NCBI GenBank assembly: GCA_001784115.1
Contig: MFPD01000009.1
Location: forward strand, 7,520-71,519
DNA length: 64,000 bases
Reading direction: 5' to 3'
From: Candidatus Levybacteria bacterium RIFCSPLOWO2_02_FULL_37_18
GTDB taxonomy: Bacteria > Patescibacteriota > Microgenomatia > Levybacterales > UBA12049
The notes beneath the pieces were generated by a model. It had not been told where the DNA came from and searched no databases. It was given only the letters and a program-made list of their open reading frames with translations. The position numbers were made by a program, and so were the translations under genes. Below, in pieces: positions 28,068 to 37,473 of the stretch (positions are counted from its first letter, which is position 1; each line of letters begins with the position of its first letter).

Positions 28068-28925
28068 ATGCCCGTACACAAAAAATCTGACACCATTGAC
28101 ATCGTCATCCCAAAACCGCAAAAGAAAGACAATTACACTTCCCTTCTGGTTATACTTCTTATCATTGCTTCTTTTTTGCTTGGAAGTTTATGGACTAAAG
28201 TACAGTATCTGGAACAATCTCCTAAAACAACTACTGCTGATACTACTGCTGGTACCGCAAACACAGCCCAGACTCAACAACCTGTTGCTGCTCAACCGCA
28301 AAAACCCTCAATCAGCCTTAATACTATCAAGGCACTTTTTAATGACAAAAATATCACCTTTGGCGATAAAAACAGTAAAAACTTATTCGTTGAAGTCGCG
28401 GATCCAAGCTGCCCGTATTGCCATGTCGCAGCCGGTTTAAATTCTACCCTTAATAATCAGCTGGGACCGCAGTTTAAACTGGAAAAAGACGGCGGCACGT
28501 ATATTGCGCCGGTTTTAAAAATGAAAGAACTGGTTGATTCTGGAAAAGCTGCTATGGTCTGGATTTATACCAGAGGCCATGGCAACGGAGAAATGGGCAC
28601 TAAAGCTTTATACTGCGCTAATGAAAAAGGTAAATTCTGGCCCGTACACGACAAACTCATGACCAACGAAGGTTATGACATGGTCAATAATACTGTTAAA
28701 AATGACAAAGCCAAATCTGGTGAATTGTCTGATTTTTTAGCAGACGTATTTGACAGATCAGATTTAAAAAAATGCTTGGACAGTGGAAAATATGACGCAA
28801 AAATTAGTGAAGATGTAGCTCAAGCTTCAAACTTGGGAGTCAATGGCACACCCGGATTCTTTATAAACACTACTAATTTTGCCGGAGCGTATTCGTGGAA
28901 AGATATGCAATCCGCTATTCAATAG
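28068..28925 (+). CDS. DsbA-family thiol:disulfide oxidoreductase, membrane-anchored
   Basis: CPYC active site, GTPGFFIN cis-Pro loop region, N-terminal TM helix, Thr/Ala/Gln linker. Confidence 0.75.
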   Translation: MPVHKKSDTIDIVIPKPQKKDNYTSLLVILLIIASFLLGSLWTKVQYLEQSPKTTTADTTAGTANTAQTQQPVAAQPQKPSISLNTIKALFNDKNITFGDKNSKNLFVEVADPSCPYCHVAAGLNSTLNNQLGPQFKLEKDGGTYIAPVLKMKELVDSGKAAMVWIYTRGHGNGEMGTKALYCANEKGKFWPVHDKLMTNEGYDMVNNTVKNDKAKSGELSDFLADVFDRSDLKKCLDSGKYDAKISEDVAQASNLGVNGTPGFFINTTNFAGAYSWKDMQSAIQ

Positions 28926-28934
28926 AGTTCTTTT

Positions 28935-29747
28935 TTATCCATGCTCTAAAAAGGAAACGACAAACCATATAAGAATAACCCCTAAAATAAGTAACAGACT
29001 TTCCAAAAAAGCGAACCCATGTCTTCTTTCGTGATGAATCTCCGGAATAAGATCAGAAAGAGCAATATAGATAAAAAAACCCGCAGTTAATGCAAGAAGG
29101 ACGGGTATATATCCTGTTAACAGGCTACCTAAAAAATACGTTAACAGCGCTCCAATAAACGAAACAGTAGCGCTTGCGACATTTACCCATATTATTCTTT
29201 TTTTTGAAAGTCCTTTACGAAGCATTAATCCAAAATCTCCTATTTCCTGAGGCACTTCATGAGCAAAAACGGCCAGAGCAGTAATTATTCCAAGCTGAGC
29301 ATTTGTCATAAAAGTAGCGGCAATCACAATTCCATCAATAAAATTATGCATCGTGTCTCCAATTATTATTAACGGAAGGGTAGATTTTGATTCTTTTGTA
29401 TGTTCGTGAAATTCTTCATGATGATGAAACCAATGAATAAAACGTTCTATAAGAAAAAACAGAAGAATACCAATAAGCGTCAAGGAAAAAACATTTATAT
29501 CCGATTCCTCTCCTTCATAAATTGCTTCAGGTAAAAGATCAAAAAATGCAGTTCCCAATAAAACTCCTGCGGCAAATGAAGCTAAAAAATGAGAAACTTT
29601 TAGAGCAACCTTTTCCCTAAAAAGAAGAATCATTCCTCCAATAAGAGCTCCTATGCTTCCAATAAAAGTAAATACAAGAATGTTAACTAATTCTGGCAAT
29701 TGCTGCATATTCCAAAAAACTATGAAACGAAAGACCCGATGCTCCAA
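28935..29747 (-). CDS. zupT: ZIP-family divalent-metal transporter (ZupT-like)
   Basis: HNFIDGIVIAATF, HEVPQEIGDFGLM, and a His-rich loop HWFHHHEEFHEH. Confidence 0.75.
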   Translation of the reverse strand: MEHRVFRFIVFWNMQQLPELVNILVFTFIGSIGALIGGMILLFREKVALKVSHFLASFAAGVLLGTAFFDLLPEAIYEGEESDINVFSLTLIGILLFFLIERFIHWFHHHEEFHEHTKESKSTLPLIIIGDTMHNFIDGIVIAATFMTNAQLGIITALAVFAHEVPQEIGDFGLMLRKGLSKKRIIWVNVASATVSFIGALLTYFLGSLLTGYIPVLLALTAGFFIYIALSDLIPEIHHERRHGFAFLESLLLILGVILIWFVVSFLEHG

Positions 29748-30096
29748 TTAAACCAACAGTTGGATGCTTATGAGTAGCGTATTCATCTTCATGAGCTGTA
29801 TGAATTATTGCAAGTTTTTCCAAAATATGAATGAGTAAAAACCCAAATACAACTGCTATGAGGGCCGGAGTAATATCAAGTTTATTTTCAAAAGTAAGAG
29901 AAAATATTTCTGGCAGAATTTCAAAAAAACAAACTGCGATTAAAACTCCTGCAGTAAAACTCATGATCATGTGCAGCTTATCTTTGAATCGAAGCGCAAA
30001 CAGACCTCCAAGGATAGTAGATAAAAACGTAGCTAAAGCTAATAGCAACACTTGCATAGTAAGGATTGTATCACATACCAATGTCAAACCCATCAA
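29683..30096 (-). CDS. ZIP-family N-terminal fragment (137 aa). Either a truncated tandem paralog or a possible pseudogene.
   Basis: Homologous to the first ~60% of the downstream ZIP gene (LLALATFLSTILGG..., HEDEYATHKH loop, GLIGASGLSFHSFLEYAAIA). It overlaps the next ORF by 65 nt. Confidence 0.4.
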   Translation of the reverse strand: MMGLTLVCDTILTMQVLLLALATFLSTILGGLFALRFKDKLHMIMSFTAGVLIAVCFFEILPEIFSLTFENKLDITPALIAVVFGFLLIHILEKLAIIHTAHEDEYATHKHPTVGLIGASGLSFHSFLEYAAIARIS

Positions 30097-30129
30097 ATTT
30101 TTGATGTGTGGTGTTCAATTTGACAAAAA

Positions 30130-30426
30130 TCATTTTTTTACTGATTTGATAGTGGTAGAATGTATGGCATTAGCGGTATTTTTGAGTTCTTTTACCTTCC
30201 ACATAAACAATGCTCCTTTGTTGCGAGCTTTACTGTCAACTACATACGAAAGGGCTTTTTCAAGAATGGATCTATGAACTGTTTTGGCTAACTTAATATA
30301 CAAACCTCTATGCTTGTAATCATTAAGCTCTTCCGCAAGGTACATACCAAACGACTGAAACTCCCGCGAAATATACTTATCCTCTATTGGATTAAACTTT
30401 TTTAGTATCTGTTTTACCGACCGCAT
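30130..30426 (-). CDS. hypothetical protein (98 aa)
   Basis: ORF only. Confidence 0.3.
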   Translation of the reverse strand: MRSVKQILKKFNPIEDKYISREFQSFGMYLAEELNDYKHRGLYIKLAKTVHRSILEKALSYVVDSKARNKGALFMWKVKELKNTANAIHSTTIKSVKK

Positions 30427-30439
30427 ATAATTTTTAATG

Positions 30440-31063
30440 TCATTTTGTATTACATTTATTCATTGCAGCATGCAGATCCTGCTCTAAGGCCAGTTGAATT
30501 GCCTTTGAAGTGTGAACAAGAAGCTGTTTCACTTTCGATCTATCTTGCCCAATAAAACTTCCCAACACATAATCCTCCACCCCTTTAGAATTTGAGATTT
30601 GAAATTTGAAATTTGAAATTTTTTGGGGTTTTCCTATTCCCATTCTAAATCTCCAAAACTCCCCTGTTCCTAAAGACTCTATGATTGATTCCAGCCCCCT
30701 ATGCCCTGCCGTCCCTCCCCCAAATCGAATTCTTAAAGTCCCAAGAGGTAAATCTATATCATCGTGTATAATCCAAATATCCGAACTATGAACTGAGAAC
30801 TGTGAACTAATAACTGATACTGCCATTCCCGAGTTATTCATATATGTCTTTGGTTTGGCAAGAATCACTTTCTCCAAACTACCATGATGAGGTTGCCATT
30901 CAAGCTCGGCAATATCGCTTTTGAATTTAACAGAATTTTCCCATTCTGTTTTTCTTTCCGGTTCAAAATCCTTTAAGAATTTCTCAACTGCCATAAAACC
31001 AATATTATGTCGTGTTTTTTCGTACTTAGAACCAGGATTCCCTAATCCAACAATCAACTTCAT
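30440..31063 (-). CDS. pth: peptidyl-tRNA hydrolase with repeat-derived segments
   Basis: MKLIVGLGNPGSKYEKTRHNIGF, catalytic His, LRIRFGGGTAGHRGL. ISNFKFQISN is inserted relative to E. coli Pth, encoded by 30590-30640. SSQFSVHSSD is encoded by the GTGAAC words at 30780-30830. Confidence 0.8.
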   Translation of the reverse strand: MKLIVGLGNPGSKYEKTRHNIGFMAVEKFLKDFEPERKTEWENSVKFKSDIAELEWQPHHGSLEKVILAKPKTYMNNSGMAVSVISSQFSVHSSDIWIIHDDIDLPLGTLRIRFGGGTAGHRGLESIIESLGTGEFWRFRMGIGKPQKISNFKFQISNSKGVEDYVLGSFIGQDRSKVKQLLVHTSKAIQLALEQDLHAAMNKCNTK

Positions 31064-31076
31064 ATCTGTATTATGT

Positions 31077-31706
31077 TTATCTCCTATCGAAAAGTTTTTT
31101 AACAGTTTCATCAGAAATTTGTGTGAATTCTTCATAAAACTGCCCCACAGCCCCAAATTCACTCGAAACCTCCAGAAAAACCATCCTATCAAAGTATTTC
31201 GATATACCTCTAAATGTATCATTTGATATAACCGGCACTGCTAAAATGAGTCCTTTTACTTTTTTCTTCTTAAGATACTTTGCTGAAACGAGCACGGTTG
31301 CTCCAGTTGCTATTCCGTCATCAACCAACAGTACGGTTTTATTTCTAAACGATGGCGCTTTTTTTTCTCCTCGAAGTATTTTCTCTCGCTCACTGCGCTC
31401 TTGATCTTTTACCCTCATCTCCTTTCTTCTCACTTCCCGACTCACGTCTAACCTCTTGCATAATTCCTCATCCCAATAAACTGTTTTCTCCGGTCCAACT
31501 GCTCCAATGGCAAGCTCTGGATTAATAGGTAAACTGATTTTTTTAACTACAATAATATCCAGAGGTAAAGAAAGCATGTCTGCAATAATTTTGGCAACAA
31601 CTACCCCGCCCCTGGGAATACCCAAAACCAACACATCTTTTTTATTTTTAAACTCAACCAGCTTTTCAGCCAGTAATTCCCCTGCTTCTTGACGATTTGT
31701 AAACAT
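31077..31706 (-). CDS. type I phosphoribosyltransferase-domain protein
   Basis: PRPP-binding loop VLLVDDGIATGATV. Confidence 0.65.
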   Translation of the reverse strand: MFTNRQEAGELLAEKLVEFKNKKDVLVLGIPRGGVVVAKIIADMLSLPLDIIVVKKISLPINPELAIGAVGPEKTVYWDEELCKRLDVSREVRRKEMRVKDQERSEREKILRGEKKAPSFRNKTVLLVDDGIATGATVLVSAKYLKKKKVKGLILAVPVISNDTFRGISKYFDRMVFLEVSSEFGAVGQFYEEFTQISDETVKKLFDRR

Positions 31707-31805
31707 CTTAGTTAATTTTTAATTCGAAATTTGTAATTTTTAATCAATTTATAATGTTTTAATTTTTAAACATTTAGTTTTGATTTCAAATTTAAAATTA
31801 AAAAT

Positions 31806-33248
31806 TTAAAATTCTATTCCCAGCTGTTCTTTCTTTTCTGTTTCTCTTCTTGATACCTCTGATACTTTTGAATCCTTTGATATCTCTTCGTGTTTCCATA
31901 TCTTTACTTTTCCATACTCTCCGTCAAACCCGGGATCAATGACAATATCGCCTTTTCTAACTAACAGAATTCCATGGGCAATTTTACTGCCGCCAATCTT
32001 AGATATATCTTCTATTGGAACTTTTAGAAGAATCTCTATCTCAGAACCCAATTCCAAAGTTAATTGTTTATACAACCCTTTAGTTTTAACACTAAAAACA
32101 GTTGACTCTAAGCTTTCTGCAACAATCTCCAAGAGCGGGACGAGTTTTACAAACGGCGGATGATTCTTTCGTTTATCCGTATACCATTTTATCTCCCTCG
32201 GGCTGATTTTTACTTCGAGCCTGTCGAGAAGTTCTTTATCGCATAACTGTTGAACGCGAAATAGAACTCCTTCTGTTAATCTTCTCTTGCAAATAGGACA
32301 TATATCTCCTTCTTTTTTTAATTCCTCCGGCCCTCTGACTACCCCGCAATTCCTATGTCCGGAAAAATGATATTTCCCTTCCTCGGGATAGAATTCAACT
32401 GTGTATTTAATCCTATTGTCATTGCGAGGAGCTTGCGACGTGGCAATCCCCTCTGGATTAGATTGCTTCGCTCCGCTCGCAATGACGGGGCGCTGAACTT
32501 TCTTTCTCATTATCGCTCTTCTGATATTTTCATAACTTGCTTCTGCAAGTTCAAATACCGTTGCCTCACGCCCCATTTTGGGTAATGAATGTGCATCAGA
32601 AAAGGATAGGATCGAACGATTCATAAGCTCTGGAATCTGCCAGTTCATTTCCGGATCCGATGAAAGCCCTGTCTCGATTCCATAAATACATGGAGTAAGG
32701 TCTTCGAATGCTTCTTCCAATGAATCATAACCAGAAGCCGATCCATAAATCCCAAAGTGAGGCGTCCAGGCATGACAGGGAATAAGCATACACCGCTCGT
32801 CTATTTCTAAGATCAATTGAAAAAGATTTTTTGAGGAAATACCAATTATCGGCCTTCCGTCAGCAGATAAATTTGCTCCTCGTTTTAATAATTCTTTTTG
32901 GATTTTTTCTGCTATTTCTAAATTCGGCGCGAAAACCAAATTATGAATTCTTCTTAGCTTCCCTTTTTCAGAATAAATCGAACTTATTTCTGTAGATAAA
33001 ATAAACAACGGTTCTTTTGTTTCGGATTTCGGATTTCGGATTTCGGATTTGAGGCAATAGAGTCCTTCTGTTGCCTCCTCCAACTGAGCTCGTATTTCCT
33101 TAAGCCAAAGAGTATGCGTCCAATCGCTTGCCGTTAAAATATCGAGTCCTTTTTGCTGAGCAGCTTTGGCCATTTGGGGAAGATCCATGTCTTTTGATAC
33201 AGCACGGGAATATTTGGAGTGTAAGTGGAAATCTGCAACGTAATCCAT
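31806..33248 (-). CDS. PHP-domain (polymerase/histidinol-phosphatase fold) protein with two in-frame repeat insertions
   Basis: N-terminal DFHLHSKYS. LKSEIRNPKSETK is encoded by the (TTCGGA)n repeat at 33020-33050. VIASGAKQSNPEGIATSQAPRNDNR is encoded by the GTCAT element at 32419-32487. Confidence 0.65.
   Translation of the reverse strand: MDYVADFHLHSKYSRAVSKDMDLPQMAKAAQQKGLDILTASDWTHTLWLKEIRAQLEEATEGLYCLKSEIRNPKSETKEPLFILSTEISSIYSEKGKLRRIHNLVFAPNLEIAEKIQKELLKRGANLSADGRPIIGISSKNLFQLILEIDERCMLIPCHAWTPHFGIYGSASGYDSLEEAFEDLTPCIYGIETGLSSDPEMNWQIPELMNRSILSFSDAHSLPKMGREATVFELAEASYENIRRAIMRKKVQRPVIASGAKQSNPEGIATSQAPRNDNRIKYTVEFYPEEGKYHFSGHRNCGVVRGPEELKKEGDICPICKRRLTEGVLFRVQQLCDKELLDRLEVKISPREIKWYTDKRKNHPPFVKLVPLLEIVAESLESTVFSVKTKGLYKQLTLELGSEIEILLKVPIEDISKIGGSKIAHGILLVRKGDIVIDPGFDGEYGKVKIWKHEEISKDSKVSEVSRRETEKKEQLGIEF
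32419..32487. repeat. GTCAT-family element inserted in-frame in the PHP-domain gene
   Basis: gtcattgcgaggagcttgcgacgtggcaatcc...cgctccgctcgcaatgac. Confidence 0.75.
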
Positions 33249-33263
33249 TTCCTGGTTATTGTA

Positions 33264-34013
33264 TCACACCAGTTCTATACTCATTCCATCTTCTACTGCA
33301 ATGGTATTTGAAAAAATTGTCTTTGCTGCTTTTTCCGCTTCTTTTCTTTGCTCAAATGAGCGATATTGATTTGCGTCAAAATGAGTTAGAACAAGCTTTT
33401 TAATTCCTGCATCTTTAGCAAGCCTTGCTGCCTCTGTGGGGCTTACATGTCCCCATTCTTTTTCATCTTTTTGACCCGGAAGAAGTGAACATTCATGAAT
33501 TAATACATCAGCGTTTTTAAACAATGAGTAGCTATTATCGCAAACTCCCGTATCTCCAGAGTAGCAGATTATTTTTCCCTCTAATTCAAACCGATATCCA
33601 AATCCACGATACGAATGAAAGAGCTCCAGACACGTGACTTTCAACGGAACCGTATACTCTCCTTCTGAAAGCTCGTGGATATCAACCCGCATTCTGAGTT
33701 TGTTTGGCGCAATGGTAAAAGGAGGAGCAACCAATAAGTCAAATGCTTCTTTTTTTATTTCCGGCACATAAATATCCAAACCTTGTTTAAAATTGAACTT
33801 GTTAAGAACGTGGAATCCGGAAACATGATCTATATGAAAATGGCTGATGAACAAATAGATTGGCTTGTCTTCTTTTATAAACGAATCCAGTTTATACAAT
33901 CCATTCCCCGCATCAAACACCACATACTGATCTTTACTATCAATTAAAATACACGGCGTATCCCCTGTCGGACTACTAAACCATCCATTCGTACCAAGAA
34001 AATACATTTTCAT
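33264..34013 (-). CDS. metallo-beta-lactamase-fold hydrolase (RNase Z-like)
   Basis: HFHIDHVSGFH matches HxHxDH; 249 aa. Confidence 0.6.
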   Translation of the reverse strand: MKMYFLGTNGWFSSPTGDTPCILIDSKDQYVVFDAGNGLYKLDSFIKEDKPIYLFISHFHIDHVSGFHVLNKFNFKQGLDIYVPEIKKEAFDLLVAPPFTIAPNKLRMRVDIHELSEGEYTVPLKVTCLELFHSYRGFGYRFELEGKIICYSGDTGVCDNSYSLFKNADVLIHECSLLPGQKDEKEWGHVSPTEAARLAKDAGIKKLVLTHFDANQYRSFEQRKEAEKAAKTIFSNTIAVEDGMSIELV

Positions 34014-34072
34014 TCTTTAAATTCTATCACAAAATTGGTATAATATAGGTATGAGTGAGACATAATTCACAT

Positions 34073-34155
34073 TGTCATGCTGAATTTATTTCACCGAGTC
34101 AGACTCGGTTTCAGCATCTCCATTTTATAGATTCTGAATCAAGTTCAGAATGACA
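34073..34155. repeat. GTCAT-family composite palindromic element (gtcatgctgaa...ccgagtcagactcgg...ttcagcatc...ttcagaatgacat)
   Basis: nested hairpins, intergenic. Confidence 0.65.
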
Positions 34156-34378
34156 TTTATGTCCCAGTCATAATATATTTGTATGGGAATGACAAACGTT
34201 ATTTTAAAAGTGAAAATCCCCGGAATCCCCTCAAAAAATTTGAAGGAATAGAGCGTGCAGCCCCTGTTTTATTTGGCGAAAAAGGCGATAGCTTACTTTT
34301 GGGCGCTTTTACCCTCGAAGCACTTGGCTTAACCTTATATCCCTTCCAGAGAAAACTCTACAAAGCCATTCTCAGGCT

Positions 34379-36217
34379 TTAAGCTAAAACTCTATACTTC
34401 TTCCCCTGCTGCTGGTACATCTTAATTAACTCTTCGACAGTTGTGGCATCTTCTGCCCTGCGGTCGGAGGTTCGAAAGGAAACTAAGCGCGGAAAGCGGA
34501 GTGCATAACCCGATTCTTTTTCGCCCGTTGAACTAACTGAGACGCCGGCTGTATGAATTGGACTTCGGGTAATTTCGTCCGCCAAAACTTCAATAACAAT
34601 CTTTGGCTCTACCCATTGAGTCGGCTCTATCAAAGAACAAACTCGTGCCGGCTTACTTTTCACTTTTAACTTTTCACTTTTAACTTTTATTTCCCGCCAT
34701 TCTTCATCAGATAATCCCGTACCGATTTTAGAAACGCTTACAAACATATCCTTTTTTTTATCATACACCCCTACCAATAGCGCTCCTGCCCCAAATGCAG
34801 TCCGCTTTCCTTTCCCGGAAATATATCCTAAAATCACACAATCAATTGTGTCTTGGAGCTCTCCTGCGCTGTGTCGCTTTAATTTTACCCAGTTAAAATT
34901 CCGTCCGCCTGCTTCGTACAAACTATCAAGTCTCTTTATTACTACCCCTTCCAAACCTTTAGAAATTGCATCTTCCAACAAAAGCCCTAGTTTTTTTGGA
35001 TCCGAAACAGTATAATTTTTAGACGGGATAAGAACCCCATCTTCACGAATGGTTTCCTTTAAAATTTTTATTCGTTCTTCCAAAGGATTGTCTATTAAAG
35101 ACTCACCGTTTTTATACAAAATGTCAAAGACAAATGCTTTAAGAGGCAACTTTTTTGCCATTTCTTCAATACCATGCTTTCGCCTCCGTTTGGTAGTTTC
35201 CTGAAAAGGCAAAAATTCTTCGGATTCCACATTATATGCTAAAGCTTCGGTATCTAAAATCGCGGTTTTTGCTTTTACTTGAACTCTTGTTGCCTCGATT
35301 AATTCAGGAAACATATGTGTCATATTTTCTAAATTGCGCGAGAACATCTTCACCTCATCTTGACCTACGAGGTTTTGTGCGTTCAGCCCCGTAGGTCTAC
35401 GATCCAAGTGTATTTGAACTCTGAATCCATCGTATTTATACTGCACGTCAACAGTACCCATTTTTTCAATAGCTTTTTCTGGTGTGGGGAGTCGTTCACA
35501 GAGTTCCGAACGAATTGGTTTGCCGACGGCAACTTTGAGATGTTCGACTGCACCAATTCCATGTTCAAATAATGTCTTTGCAATCAATCCAAGATCCGAC
35601 GTACGATTATAAGCTCCCTCCAACAATTTCCGTTTGCTTTTGTTTCCCAATTTAGCCATTGCCAGACCGTCAAGAATCGTCGGGTCTCCAATTCCCAAAC
35701 GAAGATTTCCCAAAGGAATTCTGACAATAAATTTAGCTGATTTCTCGTCTGCCTTTTGTAAAAGCTGGCATAAAAGGGTTATTCGTTTCTCAACCGTCCC
35801 CTCCCCGCTTGTTTTTGCAATTTCTGTCATAATTTCGAACACACTTAAAACTGTCATTATGGCTTGTCCAGAATCCGTCTTCTTAGAGATTCTGGAGTCG
35901 CTACACTCCCCAGAATGACGATCGATTAGTTGCTCCGCAACTAATCCCATATCTCCCTTTTTTTGATAAAGCTTTAAAACTTCATCTTTTGTTACTCCAT
36001 AAGCAAGAGCAATTGCCTGCGCAACTGTTTTGTCAGCCATTCCGATTTCAAAAGAAGAAAAAAACGGCGCAATTCGGCCTTGGGTTAGATATACCACCTG
36101 CTCTATTTCTTTATTTGAACAATGTTTAAACAACTCTGAAAGTATATCTATCAGAGCAAGTCTCGAAGAAGTCGCTTCCAATTTCTCAAAATACTCACTA
36201 AGCTTTGAAAACGTCAT
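34379..36217 (-). CDS. ATP-dependent DNA ligase with an in-frame AAAAGTGAAAAGTTAAAAGT word insertion
   Basis: Adenylation motif KYDGFRVQIH. SEKLKVKSKPAR is encoded by the 34653-34695 repeat. Confidence 0.75.
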   Translation of the reverse strand: MTFSKLSEYFEKLEATSSRLALIDILSELFKHCSNKEIEQVVYLTQGRIAPFFSSFEIGMADKTVAQAIALAYGVTKDEVLKLYQKKGDMGLVAEQLIDRHSGECSDSRISKKTDSGQAIMTVLSVFEIMTEIAKTSGEGTVEKRITLLCQLLQKADEKSAKFIVRIPLGNLRLGIGDPTILDGLAMAKLGNKSKRKLLEGAYNRTSDLGLIAKTLFEHGIGAVEHLKVAVGKPIRSELCERLPTPEKAIEKMGTVDVQYKYDGFRVQIHLDRRPTGLNAQNLVGQDEVKMFSRNLENMTHMFPELIEATRVQVKAKTAILDTEALAYNVESEEFLPFQETTKRRRKHGIEEMAKKLPLKAFVFDILYKNGESLIDNPLEERIKILKETIREDGVLIPSKNYTVSDPKKLGLLLEDAISKGLEGVVIKRLDSLYEAGGRNFNWVKLKRHSAGELQDTIDCVILGYISGKGKRTAFGAGALLVGVYDKKKDMFVSVSKIGTGLSDEEWREIKVKSEKLKVKSKPARVCSLIEPTQWVEPKIVIEVLADEITRSPIHTAGVSVSSTGEKESGYALRFPRLVSFRTSDRRAEDATTVEELIKMYQQQGKKYRVLA

Positions 36218-36474
36218 CAGTAAATACTCCCCCTATAATCAATGTTCCAAATATAGATAATTTTTTGTGTATTATCAATCTCAAAAATGGCTCTTATATC
36301 CCCGGTCCGAAGCCTGAAGCTGTTTTTTGTATTAACTAAATGTTTGATATCAAGATTTGTATCTTTGGGATTCTTGGAAAGAAGTTCAAGTTTATTAAGG
36401 ATTCGTTTTCTGTCATTTTGATGAATTCTCTTAAGCTTTTTTAAAACCGAAGGATGATATAAGAGCTTATGCAT
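36217..36474 (-). CDS. RelE/ParE-family toxin
   Basis: RLRTGDIRAIFEIDNTQKIIYIWNIDYRGSIY; 85 aa; overlaps the upstream antitoxin. Confidence 0.6.
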   Translation of the reverse strand: MHKLLYHPSVLKKLKRIHQNDRKRILNKLELLSKNPKDTNLDIKHLVNTKNSFRLRTGDIRAIFEIDNTQKIIYIWNIDYRGSIY

Positions 36475-36751
36475 TGTTTATGCCAGTTCTTTTTTTAAGA
36501 TTATCCGAAGAAACCCATTTCACCTTTTTTTTGTCATAAGACTCAAATTCCTGCGCTTTAAAACTATCCATATAATCTTCTGCCATATCTGCAAGTTTTT
36601 GATACTCTTCAAGACTCAAAAGCACAGCCTGAGGCTTTGAGCGATATAAAATAAACAAAGGACCATAAGACGACTGAACCTCTTTTAAAAGCTTTTTTGC
36701 ATTTTCTCGCATATCGGAAATAGTTTTAATGTTTTTCGCTGATGGAATCAT
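36467..36751 (-). CDS. Phd/YefM-family antitoxin
   Basis: 94 aa, 8-nt overlap with the RelE gene, typical architecture. Confidence 0.55.
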   Translation of the reverse strand: MIPSAKNIKTISDMRENAKKLLKEVQSSYGPLFILYRSKPQAVLLSLEEYQKLADMAEDYMDSFKAQEFESYDKKKVKWVSSDNLKKRTGINNA

Positions 36752-36839
36752 ATTAGCCTATTTAATCTTACCTTTTTATACAATTTATTCTTAGATTTGT
36801 CAATATAAAGACATTATAGGTTGATTTCTTCTTTGAACG

Positions 36840-37469
36840 ATGGTAGAATTTCTTTCTATGACAGAACAAACACCAAATTCAGAAGAAAGACAACCACAAA
36901 GAGAAACAATTCCTCCTGAGATCGCAAGACCAATTTGCTGGGGGCTAAATCAAATGTTCGGAAAACCTCTTGAGGGAGCACTTCTTTTGCTAGAAATTTT
37001 CGATCTTCCCAATTATGCGCTCCAAAACCAAAAAGATCGAGAAAGAATTGAAAGAGCAAGGGCTGGCCTTACCAAAATGCAAGAATTTCTTTCCGGTATT
37101 GCCACGGCACAAACAGTAGAAGTAGAGACAGATAGAACAGGAATGTTTATAGCTAAACTCGTTTATTCCGGGAAAGATAATACTTCTCCTTCTCAAGGAG
37201 CATCTTTAAGTGGGGATTTAAAAAGAAATTTCTCGCTAGGACTTATGCATGAGGCAGGAAACGCGCTTGCTCCAACGACAGAAATGGAACTGTTAGCAAC
37301 AGCATCAGGAAACCTTATGATAAAAGGCGTTGCTAATCAAGTTTTTCAAAAGACGCAGGCTATTTCTATAACAATTAAAGAACTTGCTCTTGCTCCCCGG
37401 CTTGACGCCACTGTAAATGAAGACGGAACTATAACTCTTACTCCGGTTGATACTAACGCACAAACATAA
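36840..37469 (+). CDS. hypothetical protein (209 aa)
   Basis: ORF only; located between the TA pair and the fic gene. Confidence 0.4.
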   Translation: MVEFLSMTEQTPNSEERQPQRETIPPEIARPICWGLNQMFGKPLEGALLLLEIFDLPNYALQNQKDRERIERARAGLTKMQEFLSGIATAQTVEVETDRTGMFIAKLVYSGKDNTSPSQGASLSGDLKRNFSLGLMHEAGNALAPTTEMELLATASGNLMIKGVANQVFQKTQAISITIKELALAPRLDATVNEDGTITLTPVDTNAQT

Positions 37470-37473
37470 AACC

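Noticed and set aside
28051-28440. 129-aa ORF overlapping the dsbA-like gene in another frame
   Set aside because: The dsbA-like frame has the CPYC motif and thioredoxin-fold motifs. The overlapping ORF has no features.
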